Made by a program: the position numbers and the translations under genes
Source of the DNA: Strigamia acuminata
Taxonomy: Eukaryota
Assembly (NCBI GenBank): GCA_949358305.1
Contig: OX442314.1
Location: 29,884,001-29,948,000 of the forward strand
DNA length: 64,000 bases
Direction: 5' to 3'
Notes under the pieces: model-generated
The model's input: the letters and a program-made list of their open reading frames with translations, nothing else
Told to the model about the DNA's origin: nothing
Database searches by the model: none
In this document: piece after piece, positions 42,301-51,270 of the stretch
Position numbering within the stretch: position 1 is the first letter of the stretch
Layout of the letters: each line of letters starts with the position of its first letter

Positions 42301-45300
42301 TTAGACATTTATTTTATTTTAGTTGTTTTGTTCAATTTAGACATTTATTTTAGTCGTTTTGTTCAATTTAGACATTTATTTTACTCGTTTTGTTCAATTT
42401 AGACAATTATTTTATTTTAGTTGTTTTGTTCAATTTAGACATTTATTTTATTTTAGTTGTTTTGTTCAATTTAGACATTTATTTTATTTTAGTTGTTTTG
42501 TTCAATTTAGACATTTATTTTATTTTAGTTGTTTTGTTCAATTTAGACATTTATTTTATTTTAGTTGTTTTGTTCAATTTAGACATTTATTTTATTTTAG
42601 TTGTTTTGTTCAATTTAGACATTTATTTTATTTTAGTTGTTTTGTTCAATTTAGACATTTATTTTATTTTAGTTGTTTTGTTCAATTTAGACATTTATTT
42701 TATTTTAGTTGTTTTGTTCAATTTAGACATTTATTTTATTTTAGTTGTTTTGTTCAATTTAGACATTTATTTTATTTTAGTTGTTTTGTTCAATTTAGAC
42801 ATTTATTTTATTTTAGTTGTTTTGTTCAATTTAGACATTTATTTTAGTCGTTTTGTTCAATTTAGACATTTATTTTACTCGTTTTGTTCAATTTAGACAA
42901 TTATTTTATTTTAGTTGTTTTGTTCAATTTAGACATTTATTTTATTTTAGTTGTTTTGTTCAATTTAGACATTTATTTTATTTTAGTTGTTTTGTTCAAT
43001 TTAGACATTTATTTTATTTTAGTTGTTTTGTTCAATTTAGACATTTATTTTATTTTAGTTGTTTTGTTCAATTTAGACATTTATTTTATTTTAGTTGTTT
43101 TGTTCAATTTAGACATTTATTTTATTTTAGTTGTTTTGTTCAATTTAGACATTTATTTTATTTTAGTTGTTTTGTTCAATTTAGACATTTATTTTATTTT
43201 AGTTGTTTTGTTCAATTTAGACATTTATTTTATTTTAGTTGTTTTGTTCAATTTAGACATTTATTTTATTTTAGTTGTTTTGTTCAATTTAGACATTTAT
43301 TTTATTTTAGTTGTTTTGTTCAATTTAGACATTTATTTTATTTTAGTTGTTTTGTTCAATTTAGACATTTATTTTATTTTAGTTGTTTTGTTCAATTTAG
43401 ACATTTATTTTATTTTAGTTGTTTTGTTCAATTTAGACATTTATTTTAGTCGTTTTGTTCAATTTAGACATTTATTTTACTCGTTTTGTTCAATTTAGAC
43501 ATTTATTTTACTCGTTTTCTTCAATTTAGACATTTATTCTAATAGTTTTCTTCAATTTAGACATTTATTTTAGTCGTTTTGTTCAATTTAGACATTTATT
43601 TTACTCGTTTTGTTCAATTTAGACATTTATTTTAGTCGTTTTGTTCAATTTAGACATTTATTTTAGTTGTTTTGTTCAATTTAGACAATTATTTTATTTT
43701 AGTTGTTTTGTTCAATTTAGACATTTATTTTATTTTAGTTGTTTTGTTCAATTTAGACATTTATTTTATTTTAGTTGTTTTGTTCAATTTAGACATTTAT
43801 TTTATTTTAGTTGTTTTGTTCAATTTAGACATTTATTTTATTTTAGTTGTTTTGTTCAATTTAGACATTTATTTTATTTTAGTTGTTTAGTTCAATTTAG
43901 ACATTTATTTTATTTTAGTTGTTTTGTTCAATTTAGACATTTATTTTAGTCGTTTTGTTCAATTTAGACATTTATTTTACTCGTTTTGTTCAATTTAGAC
44001 ATTTATTTTACTCGTTTTGTTCAATTTAGACATTTATTTTACTCGTTTTGTTCAATTTAGACATTTATTTTAGTCATTTTGTTCAGTTTAGACATTATTT
44101 TACTCGTTTTGTTCAATTTAGACATTTATTTTACTCGTTTTGTTCAATTTAGACATTTATTTTAGTCGTCTTGTTCAATTTAGACATTTATTTTAGTCGT
44201 TTTGTTCAATTTAGACCCGTGTTGTAAAGGATACCGCATTGAATAGGTATCCGCATCTCGTTCTATAGCATTTGCGATATAATTATTACTACCTCGGATT
44301 ATCCATGTTTTATAATCAATTTTTTTTAGTGTTGAAGGAAATCTTACGGCTGATGGTCTAATTTGGATCAAACTTTTAAAGCCATATAGTAATTATTTTC
44401 TTATGGTTTATTCTGGAACATCGATCGGGTTCAGCCAAACGAGTAGCAATATTACTGCCAGAACAAAAGCAAGTGGTAAATTAATTTTTGTAATTGAATT
44501 TTTATTTGTTTTGTTCATCTATCTTAAATTAGCAATTATCTAGGTGAACCGTATGCAAATTTTAATGCTTCTTTAATCCAATCCTATTTCTTTTTCGATT
44601 TTTTTTTTACTTTGTTTTATGGATTTTTGGGTTCTGGGATCACCGCTCAAGCGCAAAAGGCGCGCGCTTAGGGCTTCACTATCCTCAGTGACGCTGGGGC
44701 CTTTGACCTTTGAATTTGGCACCCCTTTGGTCTGTTTTCAGTCTCAGTGGGCAAGTGCACAGTGTAAAAACCAGATGGTTTTGATGTATAATTCAATTTG
44801 GGATTTATTTATGTCCAAATTGATATTTTGAAGTGTAATAACAATTGTTCCCGGAACACTTAATCTTGCTTGTCGACCCATTGGTCGAAAAAACAATCTA
44901 AAAAACACACAAAATGTGCTTTTTGACCCTTGTGGTCACTCTTAGCGTTAGTAAAATATGTATTAAAACGAAGAAATAGTCGAACCTCGTTATAACGAAT
45001 CGCGATATAATGAATTTTTTGTTTAACTTCAACTTAAAAGTGGCTTTAATCACAATCAAAATTATCATTTATTGGTTTTGGATTGAAACCAGCTGTGGGG
45101 GCTCAATTTAAGCATTGGATTTTCGCTATTCTTCTACTATGCATGCACAAAAAGAACTCCAATAGGTACTTGGTCATAAACTACGAGGATATTGAAGCAT
45201 GCCGCAATGCAACAATTGAATCACTTTTTCTGGCACACTGCCATTGCTATCCCAGCAATATTTCAGTCGTTCGCCAGCATACAAAGTAGTGGTAAACGCC

Positions 45301-48098
45301 AACACCGGTTCAATTATTCTCTTTCTATATTATTTTAATAGTTCCACCGCCACCTGCCAACCTCACTCTCTATGGGAAAACATGGACTTCAATTTCTTTT
45401 CTCTGGGCACCACCTTACCCGCCACATGGCGAACCGGAGTTCTTTCACGTTTTTATAGATCCGTGTCCGGGTTTTTTGAATCCTCCGTGCGATGCCCGTG
45501 TTGGTACTCAAACATCTCTGTGTTCTCACCCGTTAAGGCGAGGATTACATTGTTTCACATGGAGTAATCTGACACCTAACATGACATACAGTTTATGGGT
45601 ATTTTTTTGTATTTTGTTTAGCAATGAGGTGGGTTTAATTCGACGCTTGTGATTTTTAGGTGACGGCTAAAAACACCGATGTGAAGACTTTGAGCGATCC
45701 GAGCGAACATCTTTCCATCGAAACGGTTGAAAACAGTGAGTAAGTTATTTCGCAATTTCGAAAACATGTATGAAAGAAAATGGCAAAGTCTGCTGCCAGG
45801 GGAAAATAAAAACGACATTCTAACCTAACCTAACCTAAACAGGTCCTAATACCTTGTTACCAACAAAAAGTTTGGGCTAGCCTGAAGTTTACATTTAGTT
45901 CTGGACGATTTAGCCTACGAAATTATTTGGCTAATACGTTCGCACCAAGAATAAAAAATTCACATATCTAGGCTAGCACGCAGCCAATAGACAGTTATTT
46001 ACGTGAGTATTCGGACGGACGACACATGGTCAGGGGAGGGCCACGATGAAAACAACCTCCAAAATACACAATAGACACAAGATTTAGTTTGTATTACTTT
46101 ATTGATATCTAGGGGTATGATTTAGGTGTCCCACAGTGTATTTCCAATCAGCCACGCCGATTAGTTGGGCTGCTAACTTAGCAGTCGAAATGCGACCGTT
46201 TGCCTTGTTGGCTAATCAACAACTACTGGGCCGCTCCGGGGCCCACCCACTTTTGGGTCCCGATTGGTAGATCTAGGGCTGGCAACTCCACCTGGTTGCG
46301 GAGGATTGCAATCGGCAGACGAGAGGTGCAGGAGCTGCACCAAGTTATTAGATATTAAAATCACGCTATAATAGTTAGCAATTTGTTGTTATTGTCTCTG
46401 AGTGTTTAATTTTTTTAATGCTCACACAATTTCCAACATCTTGATACTCTGATTTCTTAATTTTCTTCTAGTTCCTGGTCCACCTTTATACATTCGCTAT
46501 AAAAACATCGATTTGGAGACACTCTGGATCAGATGGGGCGCTCCTTTAATATCAGAGGGCGCAATTTTACATTATAGGGTAAAGTTTGAAATTTATTGTG
46601 AAATTCAGTTCTGTATTTCATAATTAAATATTCATTTCTGGTTATTAAAACAGGTGAATTACACTGTGATGGAAGTCATTTCCAATGACAGTCATGTCGA
46701 GTTTAGGCAGAGCCTTCAAATGTCTAGCGACAAACATGATTTGCGATTACGCAACTTGATACCGGAAATGAGATATAAAATATCAGTTGAAGCACACACG
46801 AGTGCTGGTTATGGCGAAGCAGTGTGGATAGAAGCTGTGACACAACTGCCACGCAGAACATCCGGTTCGTTGAACACAGATGCCAGTGATCAGCAATATA
46901 CAAACTCAAGTAATCGGTTTTTGAAAAGTAAATTTCATTTTGTTTAAATCAATTAAGTTTTAATTAATAAATGATTTTTTTTTTCTTCTTTTTTTAATTT
47001 TTCTTTTGTTTTGGAATTAAAAATAGATGATAATCCTTATCATTTCCACGGCTATCCTGACGATAAACTTGATGAAAATGGGGAGGATCAAGAGTTTGGA
47101 CATATCACTGAAAAAGGTGAAGTAGATGATGAGGAATTTGAAGTGGATTGGAAGGCGTGTGCTAGCATCAAAAGGTCAAATTCTGATCTCACCCTTTGAG
47201 TGGTCTTAAGCCTGGTGGAAAATGCTGGTTTTCATCTGGAATTGTCGCGTTTGCATCAAAAATGGCAATTTCTTTCGACAAATATCATTTTTGGACCTAA
47301 AAGTGTAATTTTGACATCAAAAACTGCAATACCGGTATTCTTCAAAAAATATCATTTTTGGACCTAAAAATGTAATTTTTACATCAAAAAAATTATTTTA
47401 GTTCATGAGTTTGCAATATTCTTCGGACAATATCATTTTTGGACCTAAAAATGTAATTTTTACATCAAAAAAATCATTTTAGCTCATAAATTTGCTGCTT
47501 TTTGGTCTAAAAGTATGCATTTTTGCATTTAAATGCCTTTACTTGTAGAGAAAATTGCATTTTTGCACGTAAAATGCTGTTTTTGGAACTCAAAACAGCA
47601 CATTTGCATCTGAAGTATCGTTATTAGCCTAAAATAATCAAATATTTATCTAATTTCTGTGTTGTTTTCTTTGTTTTTGGATTTTTGGATTTTTCGTCCA
47701 GGCTTCACCCAATTTGGCGCCGAGCCTGCCTGATTGATCATATATTTATTGCAATTTTATTTTATTTCAGAGTCTGATTCCACTGTTTTCTTGATTGGGA
47801 TTATTGGAACTGTTGCATCCATTTTGATATTATTTATTTTAGTAATACTCATTTTATATGTAATTAAACGGTAAGCAAACACATTGTCAAACCTCATTGG
47901 GTTTACGGAATGTTACTTAATTTTATCTATTCCAGAAAATCAAGACAGAGATTACGAGCCCTCGAAGGACCTTCAATTAGGTTTTCAGTTAGTGATGACA
48001 TTTCTAACGTTCCATTAAAATGCCATAAACTGCCACTGCCTATAGAACTGACAACTTTTCATGACATTTGTAACAAATCAACTGAAACTGTGATGTGA
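11804..48098 (+). CDS. Tie-like single-pass receptor: LCCL + 2 Ig-like + 3 EGF + 5 FN3 + TM + short tail, no kinase (about 1093 aa from the first identifiable exon)
   Basis: Phase-consistent GT-AG exons: 11804-11865, 11983-12049, 26972-27114, 27180-27223, 28179-28343, 28458-28583, 28658-28918, 30778-30909, 30987-31136, 34404-34541, 34595-34728, 35910-36096, 36166-36236, 36350-36569, 38328-38657, 41476-41665, 44330-44475, 46472-46578, 46654-46909, 47027-47116, 47771-47870, 47936-48098 (3282 nt, in frame). Motifs: [25 protein letters not shown]...[11 protein letters not shown]; Tie-type [75 protein letters not shown]3 repeats; [29 protein letters not shown]. Start codon uncertain. Confidence 0.9.
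12315..13005. mobile_element. Harbinger-like MITE with TTA TSD, containing a nested hAT MITE
   Basis: AGCCAGGTTCACACTTGTGTTCACACTA ... TAGTGTGAACACAAGGTTGAACCTAGCT, with TTA on both sides. Confidence 0.8.
12346..12601. mobile_element. hAT (Charlie-like) MITE
   Basis: TIR CAGGGGTCAGCAACCT / AGGTTGCCGACCCCTG; 8-bp TSD CACTACAC / CACTAGAC. Confidence 0.85.
14957..15577. mobile_element. Harbinger-like MITE, TTA TSD
   Basis: TIR AGCCTAGTACTCATA / TATGAATACTAGGCT; internally near-identical to 31511-32501. Confidence 0.85.
16618..18263 (-). mobile_element. Tc1-family transposon of IR/DR type, full length (1646 bp) but defective
   Basis: About 254-bp TIRs (CAAGTGAGAAGCATAAGTTTGGAAACT...), TA on both sides, three GCAkAAGTyTrGAAACT-like direct repeats per TIR. 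Confidence 0.95.
16916..17919 (-). pseudogene. Tc1 DD34E transposase pseudogene
   Basis: HTH and GRP motif, [21 protein letters not shown], terminal GYPTKY. In-frame stops (codon 6, 17710), frameshifts, and the PIEN segment with the catalytic Glu is missing (SPDLNVW). Confidence 0.92.
18640..19315. repeat. AT-rich minisatellite, about 40-bp unit
   Basis: Repeated TATAAAATTTTGTCCATTTTTGGAAAAATTTCAAAA variants. Confidence 0.85.
19664..20331 (+). CDS. Nested secreted protein (203 aa): signal peptide + 8-Cys WAP/crustin-like domain + Glu/Pro/Val-rich repeat tail
   Basis: Exon 1 19664-19730 encodes [22 protein letters not shown], donor GTAACT. A 56-nt intron follows. Exon 2 19787-20331 encodes [79 protein letters not shown]...(EPEVV)n...PAENE*. 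612 nt in frame; AATAAA at 20350. Confidence 0.85.
21373..21590. repeat. Dispersed repeat, related copy at about 54936-55038
   Basis: Shared AGGCCTGACTGGT...ACATGTGTTCTTG and GACGCTTGCyCATT.ACAAAC.TCA.TGCAC.GAGGG segments. Confidence 0.6.
21603..21822. repeat. Dispersed TGACCTTGA/TCAAGGTCA-containing repeat; copies at about 7695-7745, 25839-25935 (inverted) and 26232-26445
   Basis: Near-identical GGATAGTACTAATTTGATGGTGCTCTACAACTTT...GTGAATGACCTTGAAAATG. Confidence 0.8.
25839..26325. repeat. Inverted repeat, about 125-bp arms with about 235-bp spacer
   Basis: 25839-25965 is the reverse complement of about 26200-26325. Confidence 0.75.
27333..27400. repeat. (AAT)n microsatellite
   Basis: About 22 units with one GAT interruption. 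Confidence 0.95.
31511..32501. mobile_element. Harbinger-like MITE (TAA TSD) with a nested MITE at 31558-31934
   Basis: Matches 14957-15577 on both sides of an inserted element with TIR AGGTTGGTTCACACTTG / CAAGTGTGAACCAACCT. Confidence 0.85.
33835..34000. repeat. 39-bp tandem repeat x about 4
   Basis: TTAAAATTAAATTTTTTAGGATAAATTAAACTTTTTCAC units. Confidence 0.85.
34746..35849. mobile_element. Composite TIR element filling an intron; contains a mariner-like end (about 34824-34955) and a nested MITE (35024-35547)
   Basis: Outer TIR AGGTGCGTTTAATTTGT / ACAAATTAAACGCACCT. Inner TIR TACTACGTTTACATGCA / TGCATGTAAACGTAGTA. The segment TATAAAGGGTGTCCCAAAATTAACGCAAG resembles a Tc1/mariner terminus. 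Confidence 0.75.
36609..36862. repeat. About 30-bp tandem repeat x about 8
   Basis: AAAATCTCGTAAAATCTCGCGCATTGTTGC variants. Confidence 0.85.
39712..39752 (-). repeat. (CCCCAC)n repeat, G-quadruplex-prone on - strand
   Basis: About 7 G4-5 runs separated by single bases. Confidence 0.85.
40346..40590. mobile_element. pogo/Tc1-like MITE
   Basis: Imperfect TIR TACCGTATTTTACCGATTAAGAGTCGC / GCGGCTTTTAATCGATAAAATACGATA. Confidence 0.65.
41765..44216. repeat. Intronic satellite array of 36-bp and 31-bp units
   Basis: TTGTTCAATTTAGACATTTATTT(TATTT)TAGTTGTT repeated about 70 times. Confidence 0.97.
46170..46345. repeat. Dispersed repeat related to 48525-48672 plus 49030-49048
   Basis: Collinear shared motifs GGGGCCCACC, CCCGATTGGT, ACCTGGTTGCGG, GAGCTGCACCAAGT. 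Confidence 0.6.
47281..47475. repeat. Three-copy about 70-80-bp tandem repeat
   Basis: AATATCATTTTTGGACCTAAAAnTGTAATTTTnACATCAAAA occurs three times. Confidence 0.7.
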
Positions 48099-48676
48099 GA
48101 GCGACGAGATAATAATGTGTTTTTAGTGCCAAAATCATTGCTCATTTTTTTATGAAAGAAAAGAGAAAAACATAAAAAGTAACTGACACATTTCAATGTA
48201 CAATACGGTAAGTATAATACGAAGAGGAGACAAAAATCAGTACAATAACAAACAAAACGTTGTTGAAGTGAATAAAACATTATAAATATTTGTAAAAATG
48301 TAGATAGAAACTTGCAGAATAATACTATATTTACAATACGTGTGCTCGTCACTTTATTTTTTCAGCATCAGTTAAACATCTCTGGTTGTTTATTTGAAAA
48401 TAATAGTTTCAAAAACAAAATAAAACAAAGTGAAGTAGTTATTTGACATTTATGAGTGCTGGCAAGTATTTTAAATTGTACCATTTAATTCATTTAGTTT
48501 AGCCATTTACACAGGTCGCCATCGCAGTCAGCGAGGGTCGGAATGCCACCATTTACCATGCTGGCTGTTGAACAACTGCTTGGGCCACTGTGGGGCCCAC
48601 CACTTCCCAAAGGGTCTATTCCGGGGCCCGATTGGTGAAACAAGGCCCCGCAGCTCAACCTGGTTGCGGGGAACCG

Positions 48677-48919
48677 CACGGCGAACTCGAAGAAATGATA
48701 TTCATGGAACAGCCAACTGAATATGCAGAAGGAAGTGAAGAAGAAATATGCCCACTTCTAAAAAGCATTTATGGACTTAAACAATCAGGCCGTTGCTAGT
48801 ACGAAAAATTTATGAAGGTATTAAAAGAAGTCAAATTCGAACAATCACCGGACGACTCGTACCTCTTCATCCTGCGCAGTGGAGAAGAATACATGCTAAT
48901 AGGAGTCTACGTGGATGAC
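48677..48919 (+). pseudogene. Isolated Copia-type reverse transcriptase fragment
   Basis: HGELEEMIFMEQP...LLKSIYGLKQSGRC*YEKF...DSYLFI...LIGVYVDD, with one in-frame stop. Confidence 0.85.
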
Positions 48920-49553
48920 GCGCCACGATGGAGTCGTCAAAGGGATGCTTCGTTCTGCGATTTTCAATTACCGACGCTACCGCCCGATGACGAAAATTGT
49001 TCGCCCGGAACCGCATTTTGTCCGAGAGACAGGAGAGCTGCACCAAGTACCTTGCGTTGCAGGCGATGATCAGCTCGCAGGGGCAGCTGGTCACAATAAA
49101 TATTTAATATAATTTAATTTAACAAATAGGACAGGAAATGATGTCCTTTTTTGTTATAAAATTGAATAAAACACAAAATATTTTAATTTTTGAATGCAGC
49201 TAGTGATTTGCGCTTAAATTTCAAGTTGGATAAGCCGTGTGTGCTTGGGGCCTCGAAATCAATTGGTTTGTGCGGTAAAGTCTTGTCAGATAATTGAATT
49301 TGTAATTCCACTGGCATCTGGCAAAATAAATGAATTTAAGTCCGTTTCAGAGCGAACCGTGAAGAGCCCTTGAAAAGCAAACACTTTCGTTAATACTTTG
49401 TGTGTAACTTTCTACTCGTCGACTTTATTGAAAAAACTTTGTTTTGAAATTTATTTAGTTTATTCAGCAAACTACAACCAATAGGATAATTATTAATTAA
49501 ATTGTTTACCAACACACTTACAAAATATAAAATATAAATCCATTAATTTATTT

Positions 49554-51030
49554 TTATTTCTCATTTTGACGAATTTTTATTTTTGACGAATTTTTATTTT
49601 TAATCTCAAAACTTAGTGCGCATAGTTCCTCGTTTAATTTCACCATTCCCTCACTCAAAATCCACAGTTTCTTTGCATCCTCCGTGTTCGAGGCAACTTC
49701 ACTCGGTTGCGTTACACCACAATCACTATATTGTATAACACAAATATTCACTTAAAACAAAAATAAAAATCAATTAAACTAAAATTCTTTTCCACCTGTA
49801 ATACAATCCCGTTTGTTGCGCCACTCTTTCGGAAACAGCACAATGAATTATCGTCTGCGCGCCCTGCTCTGGTGTCTTACTGTACAATATTCCGAACACT
49901 ATTTCGAGCACGTCAATGAAAACATGAAAAATCGCCGGATACATCTCGTGCGAATGTCGCGAAATTTCCGTGTTAATACTCCCCGGATGCAGTGCGTAAA
50001 CATTTACGCCAGTACCTGCACATCAACCACTACTTAAAACACAATTAAAACTAAAAAAGTACGAAACCCTACCTTTCAATCTGCGCGCTAATTCCTTAGT
50101 AAACAAAATAATAGCCAATTTACTTTGACAATAAGCCGTGTATGGAGTATAAGCTTCTTTTTCATTCAAATTCAAATCGTCCCAATGCATAGTTCCATCT
50201 GTAAGTAACAAAAACATTAAATTGTACACGAAAGAGACGTCATTAAACACTTACACTTATGCGCCACAGACGAGACGTTAATAATTCTGGACGGCGCAGA
50301 GTCGACTATTTTATCGAGTAATAAATTCGTAAGAAGAAAATGCCCGAGATAATTTGCACTTAAAACCGTATCAAAACCATCTTCGGTCGTCTTTTGGCCA
50401 CAAACAAGACCTGGAGCACCAAATTTCACAAAATGTGCATGTTTTTACACAATTCACCGCGTAGTTTTACCCGCATTGTTCACCAAAACATCCAATCTTT
50501 CCTCCGTAGTTAAAATACGTTTTGCAAACTCACGAATCGAAGTGAAATTAGCGAGGTCGAGTCGCCGCACCAGCACTCGGCCTCTGTATCTCGGAACCGA
50601 CGCTTCGATTTCTCTGGCAGCGAAAGCCGCTTTATCCAAATCTCGACACGCTAAAATGACTCTTGCGCCTGCAGTACACACAAATTTGTTTGGTTTTTAG
50701 TCGATTGGATTAAAAGTTGGCCAACCTCGTCGGAAGAAATCTCGAGCAGCTTCTTTGCCGATTCCAGTGTTGGCACCTGTGATGATCACGGTTTTCTGAA
50801 GTAATGTGGCTGTGCTGTAACACCGACCTCCTTCGAGCCATTTCTTCACCAGCTGTAGACTAATTATAACACCTTGAGTTTATAAAAATAATGTTAAAAT
50901 TAAATAAAATGTACACTGAAATATAAGAATAGTTTTATTGCGATTTACTAATAGCTCCGAGTACTAATTTTAATAGAAACCAATGTTCATCGAGGATATA
51001 CTGCAAATGCTCGAAAGTCAAAAACGCCAT
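49554..51030 (-). CDS. Retinol dehydrogenase 11/12/13-like short-chain dehydrogenase/reductase (366 aa)
   Basis: Exons 51030-50949, 50872-50726, 50668-50471, 50410-50255, 50198-50073, 50015-49796, 49725-49554 (1101 nt, in frame). Motifs: [52 protein letters not shown], catalytic [21 protein letters not shown]; hydrophobic N-terminus. Confidence 0.95.
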
Positions 51031-51270
51031 GGCTGCTCCGTTTTTCACAACAAAGAAAATATGTAAACAATAAGAAGAAAATGTATCGTCACAAAACTGT
51101 AATTCAAACATGCAATAAAGGACTCTATTCTTCATGCTATGAATCTTTATGAATCTATAGCAAATACTCACTACTCGGCAATTAGGCTCGTGAGGAAGTT
51201 TTCTCTCGACTCGGTAATGGCCGTCAGGTGAGCGCTGTGTCTTCCCAGGTTGCTGGAAAAATTTGCCAAT

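Noticed and set aside
42009..43949. Long repetitive ORFs ([12 protein letters not shown] / [12 protein letters not shown])
   Set aside because: Artefacts of a stop-free 36-bp satellite unit inside an intron.
41765..44216. CRISPR-like 36-bp repeats
   Set aside because: Head-to-tail units with no unique spacers, no cas genes, and a eukaryotic intron context.
45820..45838. (TAACC)n arthropod telomere-like repeat
   Set aside because: Fewer than four units and interstitial; common in repeat remnants.
49340..49430. Hammerhead-ribozyme-like GTGAAGAG...GAAAAG segment
   Set aside because: Catalytic core and stems do not fit the consensus by eye; a covariance-model search would be needed.
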